Assembly: GCF_016432865.1 (NCBI RefSeq)
Contig: NC_067401.1
Span: 111,104,001-111,168,000 of the forward strand
Origin: Antechinus flavipes
Lineage: Eukaryota
DNA length: 64,000 nt
Direction: 5' to 3'
Below are positions 12,632 to 23,300 of this stretch, in pieces. The notes beneath the pieces were generated by a model. The model saw nothing but the letters and a program-made list of their open reading frames with translations, ran no database searches and was not told where the DNA came from. A program made the translations under genes and the position numbers. Numbering within the stretch: the stretch's first letter is position 1; the number at the start of each line of letters is the position of its first letter.

Positions 12632-15600
12632 TCAGAGTCCCCGAAGGAGGCGAAGAAGTGGCAACAGCAGCAAGAGGAGGAGGCAGAGGGGACTTGGGGC
12701 CCGGCCTCCTTGCCATGCGGGCATGCTGCCCCCACCTGGACCCAAGGACTCTGTAACACACAGGCAGGGGGGAGAGGGTTGGAGGGTGATTCTACCACAC
12801 TTAATCCCATCTCCCCTTCCTATTCCTCCCACTCATAATTCTGCCCCTAGTTTAAGAGCCTGTGGCTTCATGGATCTGTTTTCTTATTCGTATAATGAGG
12901 GGATAGTGTTATCTCTATTTTACAAATGAAAAATCTGATGGACTCCCAGGTCACACAGTGAGAATGGTCAGATTTTGAACTCTGGTCTCTAACTTTGAAG
13001 TCCATTTCACTCTGTAGATAATCTCTAAAGTACTTCATGTATTCCTCCTATTTATTCATTTTCATCCTGCTATCTCTTCAACTTCCTATTCAATTCAGCT
13101 GATCCTTCAAAACCAATTATCAGTAGAACACACAACTTTTTTGCCTTTACCCAACCCTTTAGTCCACCCAGAGTTTGCCATTAGTGTTCTACAGTACATC
13201 AAAACATGTCATGCCTTTGACTTACCCTTGGAGACCCCATTTCCTTGTGGAAGCACAAAAGGAGATGCAGTGGTCGGCTTCTCAGCTACAGACAAAGAAG
13301 CCAGTTAGGGACAGATTCCAAATATTCCAGTTTCCCAGAAAACTTCATTCCTGGCGATCATCCCATAAAGTCCCTGCAGTCCCACCTCTCAGACACCCTG
13401 CTACCCTCTAAGAAGTAATTCCCATTCACCGAAGAAAAGACCCATCAAAACACTTACTGGTTTCTTTGCAACACACTGATACCTGCAGCCTCAGACATCG
13501 GACAGAGCTTTCCTGGGTTGGGACAGCTATGGTAGGTAAGCAGGTGGGCAGGAGAAAAAAAGATTTCTTCATGCTTTTTGACATTGCTTCAGACTCTCAC
13601 ATTTTTCTCCCTCTCTTTTCTTAACTTTCTATTTATCAGTCTCCTTCCCAAGATATGGAGCGCTCTAATTTCTCCTTTTCTTCTGGCCACAAATTATCCA
13701 GAAACCTTCCTTTTGCTTCTTTTATTTCACTTTTAGATCTCTCTTCTTTTCCTCCAACTTGCCTACGACCATTCACTATTGTTTCTTTAGGGGCTGTTTG
13801 TTCCCAAATTCTTGACACTTATTTTTCAATACATGAAATCTAGGTCCTTTTTCTCCTTTCTAGACGTCTTTTCTTGGACCTAGATTGTGTCAGGCTTTGA
13901 GGTGGAAAGACATCTCTACTAGGTCTGATTTTTTTCACCCCCTAATCCCCACAGTCTTCTCACCATGGCCCCTCCATTTTACTTACATATCATCTTTACT
14001 AGGTCTGGTTTTTCCCACCCCTAACTCCTACAGTCTTCTCATCATGGCCCCTCTATTTTACTTACATATGTAGTAGTAGGTTTCCCCTGGCAGGAACTCA
14101 AAACCCAATGAGAAAGGTGTGAAGCGCTGGATTTTCTCTGAAAATCGGACTGGACCAAAAGGAGCAAAGGGGCGGGCACACTCCCATCGCTTGTAAGTTT
14201 TTGGGCCCCCAGCTTGGCATGCCTTATACCCATCCAAGTCCACCATGAAAAGAGCAAAAGTCTCAGGGCCCTCAGGTGGCCCTGGACCATCATAATGTGG
14301 ACAGAAGATGTCCAGATAATCGTTAAGGCCCAGCTCTACTGCTGCGTCTCCTCGAAGCAACCTGTGGGGCATGGATCATGCATCAGGATTTTAAGGAAAG
14401 TCTCAGGGGATGGCAGCTAAGGTACCCCTAAATGACCAGGCTTCCCTTTTCTAAAGGGCTCAATCTCCCTTTTGTATATAACTATCCACCATTTATGCCT
14501 GAACATACACTTACAGTCTAAAGGCTCTCTGATCAATCATCAAGCTGCTCCTCCTTGGCAGACAAAGGAAAAAAAAAAAAAAGGCAGAGCAAGAAACAGA
14601 AAAGGAAATAAAGACATTCCTAAAACTACACAATGATTGAAGTATGGAGAGACAGAGATGGGATGAAAATAGAGACCGGAACAGGCAGACTTTTGGACCT
14701 TGACCTGAAACGGTAACAGAAAAACAGTGAGAGACAGATTGGATAGTGACTGACATGGGGGAGGGGGAGTCATCCAGTAGATACCACCAAGGATGTTTGT
14801 CCTTCCTGTCGGTCTGGCTCCATCTGGTAAGCCAGTACCCCACCCCCACTCTAGACCTCCCATTGCCCTTCCCTCTGGGCCATTTAAATTATTCTGGAGC
14901 CCCCTAGACCTTAAAAAGGTGGGAACTAACCCTCACAAGCTCTTATATACTTGAACTTAGGTTAGGCAGGTTGACCTGTTGGAATTCTAGATATTGACAG
15001 ATATAGAGAGAGGGAAAAGGAAGAGAGTCTTCCAGAGAAACAAAGAGAGCAGAGAGACCGAAAAGGCTAGAGCGGTGTGGTAGGAGAGGTATAGGAAGAG
15101 AGACAGACAGTGAAACAAATACAGAGACAGAATAAACTGAAGAGAGGGAAAACTCGAGACAGATGAAGTTGGACAAGGAGGCAGAGAAAGAAACTTAAAA
15201 GACTCAGTCCGACACATTCTTTCACATACACACACACACAATATTATAGTCTGAACACCCTAGATCTCCTTCCTTTTTCTCCATACATCGAACCCTCTGG
15301 GGCCAGCTAGAGGGTTGGGGGGACGTGGAATTAAGGGGCTAACAAAGGGGGCGGGACCTGAAATCTAGGAGATGGGGGCCCCCTCCCCAGCCCCCAGAAC
15401 TTATGTCTGTATCTCACCCTGGGGCTTCACCTCCTCCCGCCCCCTCCCCACGTGGGGGCCAGGGAGTACCTGGGCGGGGGTACTAGCAGTGATGGGGGCG
15501 AGCTTCGCCCCTCCCCCCCACAACCAGCTCAAACAAAGGAGCCCTAGCGCGCGGCTGTCCGGCCCTGGCGGGGACTCGAGAGGAGGGAATGGAGAGTGCA

Positions 15601-15771
15601 CGCCCTGTCCCAGAAGCGAGCTGGCCCGGCTTGGCTAAGCCCGATTTGTTCCGGCTACCTGGGGTTACTGGAGTTCCAATAGACGGCGTGGCGGAGGCCG
15701 GACCCCCCCCGGAGCGGGGACCCAAGGAGCGAGGCCCAGAGGACTGTCCGCAGCAGAGGCAGAAGCCGCAT
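12632..15771 (-). CDS. EFNA4: Ephrin-A4 (GPI-anchored), 198 aa
   Basis: Exons 15771-15659 (MRLLPLLRTVLWASLLGSP...YWNSSNPR), 14361-14066 (LLRGDAAVELGLNDYLDIFCPHY...FSEKIQRFTPFSLGFEF), 13526-13458 and 12750-12632 (hydrophobic GPI signal PSPLCLLLLLLLPLLRLLRGL*). All GT-AG and phase-consistent, 597 nt. Confidence 0.97.
13911..14069. repeat. Tandem duplication (80+79 bp) overlapping the EFNA4 exon-2 donor
   Basis: Two copies at roughly 85-90% identity, both ending ttttacttacatat. Confidence 0.92.
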
Positions 15772-15779
15772 CGCCCCTG

Positions 15780-16050
15780 GGTCTGGTCTGGCCCGGCTCG
15801 GCTTGGCCGGGCTCCGGAGTCAGGGCGAGGAAGGTACAAAGTAGACCCGGGCTGGGGGGTGGGGGGAGGATACAGGGGGAGGGGGGGCATGACGGGAGGG
15901 GGGGGCAGAACAGAATGAGAGGCCACGCCCCGGGTAACTTTCCACCAATTGGGAGGCGACTCCACCTAATCCGACCAACTCCGAGTTAACTCTTCACTAA
16001 CCACAGGCTTCCCCAGACACGCCCCCAACTAAGATTGAGCACAATTTCTC
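15780..16050 (-). promoter_or_regulatory. EFNA4 GC-rich promoter
   Basis: CpG-rich, with KLF/SP GCCACGCCC (~15921), a CCAAT-like element and further GC boxes upstream of the ATG at 15771. Confidence 0.6.
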
Positions 16051-16057
16051 GTGTCTC

Positions 16058-16079
16058 GTGTGTGTGTGTGTGTGTGTGT

Positions 16080-16118
<39 letters not shown>
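16058..16118. repeat. (TG)n microsatellite upstream of EFNA4
   Basis: About 30 units with one interruption. Confidence 0.95.
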
Positions 16119-16119
<1 letters not shown>

Positions 16120-17057
16120 GGGCCAGCTACAACTCCCTGGAGAGGCACATAGGATAGGGTTGCTTTTAGGGGCCTCGACACAACCCCATTGCCCGGAGAA
16201 AGAGAGAGAGAGAAAGGGATGGAACGAGAATCAAGGCTTTCTGCTCCGTCTGGGTCCCAACTCGCGCCCCTCGCTCCTCACCCACGCCCCTTTTTTGCTG
16301 GGCTGCGGCCGGTGTCAGTGAGACCCGAAGGAGCACCAGATCTCCTCCACCACCGCCCTTACCTAGGGCAGGAGGGTGGGGGGAGGGGGGAAAGGGAGGG
16401 GGGAAGTTGCCCCAGTCCGGACTTTGGTGTAATGAGGAGGTGTCAGCGGCACGGTACAAAGCACCTTTGTTCGCGAGCCCTCGGGAAGGGGCGGGAGGAA
16501 AGGGGAGGCAGGTGCGCAGCCCCGGGACCGTGGGAGCCGCCTCACCCCGTCCCGCCCCGCCTCCAGGCTTTGAGAACCCCGTAGCCTCCCCCCTTGTCCC
16601 TTTGCAGACCTCCACTTATGTAGGGGCTCATGGAAGGAGAGGAACAGTGCGGGCACTTTAGACCATCACAGGGCATCTTGACTGCCCCCGGGGCGATCCT
16701 CAGGGCAATAATAGCCAGTAGTTCCATTGCGCTATAATTCCCAATCATGCAGTGGGGAGGGTCAGGGAAAGGGCTGAAGCATCAGTCCAAGCCTTCAAGC
16801 CCACACAGGCTGTGTTGAGGCAGATCGCAGATCGCCGACCGTGGCGTCCGAATTCCACCTCAGACAGGTGGAGGCAAGCGAAGAAACCCAACTACTTTCT
16901 TCCCCCTTCCCCCGCCTTCTCTCGGAGCCATTCTCCGGCCGGGGCAGCATCGTCCTCTGGCGGTCGGAACGGGAACCTCCAAGTTCCCCTCGCGGGACTG
17001 CAGAGGGGATGGGCCCAAGCTTCTCAGAGCAGACGGAGGCTCGGAGGCAGGTCGCAG

Positions 17058-17063
17058 TTTATT
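17058..17063 (-). terminator. ADAM15 polyadenylation signal AATAAA
   Basis: tttatt on plus, about 290 nt past the stop codon. Confidence 0.75.
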
Positions 17064-17349
17064 GTGGCTGAGCCCAAGCAGCACCGGGCCCGCTCCCACC
17101 CCTCCACACCTGGACCCTCTCCCCGCCTCCCCCATCCCAGAGTCAACAGTGCGGGTTCCGTCTCGGGCTTCGCCTTCAGGAACCCCAATAGTGCCTTAAG
17201 AATGCTGCTCCTCCGCTTCTGGACTCGAACCTTCGGAGTCCTAGCAGAGGGTGGGCAGGCTTCCCTTTCACAGGCTCCTCAGGTCCGATGTTGGGGAAAC
17301 GGGGGCCACGGTGACTTATCCAATGTGAGATCACTGTCCCAGGATGAAG

Positions 17350-20300
17350 TCAGACGCGTAGAGCTGCCCCAGAGGCCGCGGGGGGCGGGGGTGCAGGCCT
17401 TGAGATAAAAGAAACGGGGCAGAAGAAAAAGGGGGAAATGTGTACACCTCGCCACCAAAGCGACTTCTCCTTCCTCCTCATCCCCAGCCCCTGCCCTCAC
17501 CTACCTAGAGGGGACGACCAGAGGCACGGAGCTTTCTTCAGCCGGCCCTTCATCTGAGAGGTGCCGTCCCTGGGGGTAGGAGGGCAGCGGCTTCCTTGGA
17601 GGTGGGGGTTTAGCAGGCCCCTGAGACTGACGGAGAGAAGGCAGGATTTATCAGGGGAATGGCCCCAAGAGGTCACCCACCATCCCCGAACAAACCTATT
17701 TCTGCCGACGGTACCTCCTGAGGGGGTACCTCCGCTAGGGAAGGGCCTGGAATTGTGCCCAAGGGGCACCAGGAGCACCTTGCTCCGGCAGCCATTGCTA
17801 CAGGCCATCAGTGCTGCCGCCCCGGAGGGGGAGGGGCTCTGCCCGCCCCCACACCGTTACCTGTGGGCTCCTCACCACCGGGTCGGCGGGTAGCGGACGG
17901 GTGGGGGGGTTGGGTCGGTCGGTCAGTGCAGCCTGGACAGAGAGAGCAGTGCCAGTGAGGAGGAAGCCAGTGGGGAAGTGGGCATGCCGGGTTGTGGGGG
18001 TGGGACACTGCCTTCGATGGGGTTCTGTGCCAACGTGCAGCTTTCGGCTAGTTTGGGGACATGCGCAGGGGTGAGAGTGCATGCGGCCACAGTTTGGCTC
18101 TAGGGATTTCAGGGGCTAGAGTCGTGGGAGAAGGAGAAAGGGGGGGAGGGTGTAATTAAGTCATTTGACGGCAGGTAGGCTGTAGTACCACAGCACACCA
18201 CCAGGTGGCGATACAGACCAAATTAGAAACTACTCTGCCTTAAGGGGCACAGAAGGGTGCCCTTGTCCACCCAGAAGCACAGCCGGGAGGGCAGGGCTAG
18301 GTGCCTTCTTGCTTGTTCCTCATGGAGGTGGGCAGAAGCTGGGCTCCCTAAATCCCTCGGGCCCTCTGCTCAGATTTACCTGTAGTCTCTTGGGCACAGG
18401 GTCCGGCGGGAGCGGCCGGGAGGGGGGGTCAGGGTGACCGAGAGCGCCAGACTGCGGAAAGATCAGGAGAAGCAGAAGGAGCACAGAGAGAGACAAAGAA
18501 GGGGGCGGGAGGAGGGAACAGTGGTGGGGGAGGATGGATCAGAGTTAGAGTCGGAGATATCGAAGGTGGGGGCAGCCAGGGCCTGAGGAGAGCAGGGGCA
18601 TCATGCAATTACTCAGCCGCATTCACGAGTGGGGCGTGCCAGGCTGTGGGCATGCAAACCAATCCCCCACCGCATGCGGCCACTAAGGAGTATCGCCTCC
18701 AGTGCACTCCGGACACAGGAGCACTTGTCAGTCCCTGCAAGAGTCGGGCTGTGCACGTGGGGCCCCAAGGGGCACCGATCCTTTTTACCCAATCTTGCAG
18801 CCAGAGGGCATCTGGGCCTCCGGATCCAGGATGGCATCCCTGAAGTGCCAGTGAGTAGCAGGCACAACACCCTCATCTCAATTAATGGGTTGTGCTAAAC
18901 AACACTTCCACTGGTCACCCATCTTAGGTTTCCCACCCCAGGTAGGATTTGACTCCTCAACCTCCTTGGAGCCGGCAATTGGGCCTCGGGACAGTGTCAG
19001 CCACTCTCAGACCGTCCAGAACCTGCTGAAATAGGCACTAAGAACCCCGCTGGGGCCACGGCGGGGAGGGCAGCTCAGTTGGACTTGGGGCAGAGTGGGC
19101 CGGTCTCCCTGCCCCTCCCTCCACAAAGCCCCGGAGCTCACCTTGGTGCTGGACAGCAGCTGGAGTTCTGTGGCCTGAGCCCTCTGAGGTGGACCTGGAC
19201 GTTCAGGGGGGCCAGATGGGGACGTCCTGGGGTAGTTGAAGGGGAAGCAAGTATTATCTACTCAGAAACAATCTCGTGAGAGGGTCTGCCCTTTGTGAAA
19301 TCTGTAGAGACCAAGGAGGGGGTGTGGAGGCAACATCCCATGGTGAAAGAATGGAGAGGAGCAGTCTGACAGGGCCCACTTAGGCTGGATGTGAGGGAAG
19401 GGCCCCGCTTACCTGTACCCATTGGCACAGACACCCCCGTGGAGAAATCGAACCTGGGCCTCTGCAGTATCCCTGGAGGGGGTGGGAGTCGGGTCAGTGC
19501 GGGAAGGGGAAGGGCAAGAGGTTTTGGTGGCGCAGGGGTCAGCACCAGGGACGAAGGCTCAGAGCCAGAGGTCTTAGGGGATCCATGGGTCCCATACCTA
19601 TACTGGGAACTGGTCCCCTTAAACTGGCAGAGTCTGCGGTGGAGATGGGTCCGGTGCCAATAGCAAGCTCCGAGAAGCATCAGCAGGGCCAGGAGGAGGA
19701 GGCTGAGGAGCAGTCCTGTGGTCAGGCCACCATTTGCTGTTGGACATAAAGCCAGAGCCAGGACGAGGAATGGAGATAGAGGTCAACAGGTCAGAAAAAG
19801 TAGGAGTGGCCACTACTAACTAGCCAGGGGCACCCTTAGTCTTCCTAGGTCTCACTCCGGAAGCCCCCCCTTGCTCCGATATCCTGGAGATCTCAAATCT
19901 AGGTTGGGATCAGTCTCTTTCAGACATGTTGCTCCTCCTCTGCCCTTCTGCACCCTCATTCCCACTGAATACCTTTGGGCTGCTGGCCCAGGGCCCCACT
20001 GTCCACACTGCCCCCAAAGCCTTCCTTTGAGCAATCTGGAGGCGCCCAGCCCTGGTCACAGTGGCAATGTCCATTGCTATTGCAAACCTGAAGAGGAAAG
20101 CAAAGGGAGGAAGGAATTAAGCACGTATTAAGTCCCTCGGTGTGTTGGGCACTTTACAAATTTTAGGTCACTTGATCCTCACATCAGAACCCGAAGAAGT
20201 GGGTGCTATTATTGCCTCAATTTAGAGTGGAGGAAACTGAGAGACGGTGCCCAGGGTTACACAGCTAATAGGTGTCTGAGATAGGATTTGAACTCAGCTC

Positions 20301-23300
20301 TTCCTGGCTGCCTCTAAAGGTGCTTCAGGGAGGAAGGGCCCTTAGGAAGCATTTTCCCCAATGTCATTCCAGCTTTAGCAAACATAAAAATGTCCAAACA
20401 TCAGGAGTTTTGTGGAGGTCACGAAAAGAGGGATTTGCAAGAACAGAGTGCACAGAACTAGGGAACCAGTTCTAGCACCTCCCCAGTCCCCTTCAGTTTT
20501 CCCCAGTCTGCTCTGGGGAGCAGCCCCCCTCCCCTCTGCTCACCCCATGCCCATGGCATTTGCTCCGACACTCCTCTGCTCCCAGAAGTGCCACTGGCTG
20601 GCACCGCTGGTCAATGCAGACCTGCAATGGATGGAGGAGACAGCCCTTTAACATTTCACAGAATCTCAGCATAGAGAAGGGTTTCGAAGGTCATTGGGTC
20701 TAATGCCCACAGGATGTCTGACTCACTCACCTGGCCAGGGGCACAAGCAGTGCCTGTCAGAGCCAGAAAGGGCTGGGCCACATCGTTGCCCAGGTCTAGG
20801 TGTGTCCATCGGCAGGTCTGGTGTGTTCCATTGGCCTCAATGGTCTCTGTGATTGTCTCCTGAGCAGTGCCCAATAGAGGGTGGACACTACCACCTTGGC
20901 ACTGGAGTTGCCCACAGTTGGCATCTCTATGAGGGATGGGCTAGAGAGTCAGGGGAAGGGAAGGAACTGGAATCATAGGGGGGGAGGGGGAAGGGTCAGA
21001 AAGATGGGGGAGCAAGGGCCGGGGTTGGGGTGGGAGGTACTCACTCACCGAGGGGCACATGGCACATAAGTACCATTGTACTGTTTCCCACAGTTCCCAA
21101 AGCCATCTCCTCGTGTGTTGGCAGCTTGGAGACAGGCAGGGGTTGCAGAGCGGGCACCAGGACCCCAGAGTGCCTGGCACTGAGCAGCGTAAGAGGCACA
21201 GTGCCCAGCAGCACAGACAGCTTTGCCCCCTGCACAGGGCTCACCATCCCCTAGGCTGACATCCGAGGGACACTGGGCACTATCCCCTGAGCAGAATTCA
21301 GGCAGGTCACAATCCCCCCGTACTGGGCGGCATAGCCATCCCGCCGGGCGCAGCTGCGGGGAAAGAGAGCGCCAGTCAGAGGAGACCCTTCTGGTCTGAT
21401 GCCATTTCTCCATCACTACACTCCCACCCCCAGTTACACTCCCAGCATTCCCCTCTGCCAGCCCTAGGCCCAAACCTGGCAATCTTGACAGCAGAGACCG
21501 TCGGAAGCACATTGAGCCCCGGGCATCAGCTGGCAGCTGGAGGCATTACAGCAGGGATCAGAACATTCCTGGGTGTGGAACAGAAAGAGACAGAGCGGCA
21601 AGGTGGGGGGCGGGAAAGAGCGCAGATGAGGAAGATGGAGAAGTAAACCTGAAATTGTGGGGGAGAAGACTCGGGGTTCAGGGGAGACAAGTTCCAGAGC
21701 ATTGAAAGACAGCCCTCTGAGAGTCTGGGGCCAAGGAGCGGCAATGGGGGAGTCCCAGGGAGAGAAGGAAAGGTGGGAGCCCCTCACCTCCCAGAAGCCA
21801 CAGTCACACTGCTCGCCAGGCTCTACAAATAAATTCCCGCATCGAGGGGGGCGAGGGGCCAGCTGAGCAGGCCGAGAAAAGAGGCAGCCCCCTGCTCCCC
21901 TCAAAAGCGCCTTCTCCAAAGCTTCTCTGCTGCAGCTGCTAAAACTCAGACCAGGCAGGAACCTGGAGATGAAGGGACAAGGGGACCAAGGTGAAAGGGA
22001 GCCCTTTCCCCTTGTCCCCCCCCACCCAGGGCCCTTCCTCACTCCCTGGTTTGGAGAGCAGGGTGTCACTCACGCTGTGGCAGCCTCCATGATACAGCTC
22101 TTGGCAGGCGGCTGGCCTGGGCATGGGCAGTTGCCTCCTGGGGGATCATGTGCCAGGCCCAGGCTGTGCCCCAGCTCATGGGCCATGGTGGATGCTACAC
22201 CCAGGATGCTCACTGAGTGGTCCTAGGGGAAGAAGGAGTCAGGGTGGACAGGTGAATGCATAGACTCAAGGGAAAGGAGGTAAGAGGGGGCCACTCTGGA
22301 ATTTTGATTCATTGTCCACTTAGATGTGGAAGGAAGCCTTTGGGAGAGAAAATAGCTCCTCCTTGAAGCCATCCTATACAGGGTATTCTCATTTTCCCTT
22401 TACCGTCTCACCAATTCATTATGGGTTTGAAATGAAAGGGACCTTAGGTCACAGAATGTCAGTACTGGTCATACTACAGCACTGTAACATCTGCTTATGT
22501 TAAAAATAATAGATAATAATAATTAAAGTTGGAAAGCATTAGAGATCAGCTGGTCAAACACAGATCTCTTTAAAAATGAGGGAAATGATGCCCAATAAAG
22601 CTCTGGCCCAAGATCATATTGGCTCCCCTTCAGTCAGGACTTCTGACTTGATGCTGTGATCTGTCCCCTACATCTTTCTATTTTCTTTCTGGTTCCCCAA
22701 ATGTCATGAAGACAGAATCCATTATCTTATACTTCCCTTATATCCAAACTGGGCCCACATCAGAGGGCACAGAGGATATACATGCATCCAGAGCTAAAAG
22801 GGATCTAAGAAACTATCTAGTCCAAGCTTCAGCAAACTACTGGGGCAGCAGCTGGGTGGCCCAGTGGATAAAATGCTAGGCTGAGCATCAGGAAGATTCA
22901 AATTCAAATATGACCTCAGGTACTAGTTGTGTGATCCTGGGCAAGTCATTTAACCTGTGTGCCTCCGTTTCCTTATTTGTAAAATGGGGGGGGGGGCAAT
23001 TAATAATAGCACCTACCTCCAGGGTTGTTGTGAGGCTCAACACAGATAAGCACAGTGCTTGGCATATAGGGAGCACTATATCAAGGTTAGCTATTATTTT
23101 TTATCATTATGACCCATGGCCTACAGGCTGTTTTTGTAAAATCATGAGTTAGGGTATTACATTTTTAAACATAATAAAACTTTATCTTAAAATGAAAAAA
23201 AAAAACCTTCTTCTGTACAAAAACAGATGGATTGTAGTTTGGCAACCTTTTCATTTTACAGATGAGGAAATTAAGGCCCCCCAATGAGATCATTTGTCCA

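Noticed and set aside
22842-22900. tRNA-like heads at several SINEs
   Set aside because: They continue into SINE core sequence, with no cloverleaf or tRNA 3' end.
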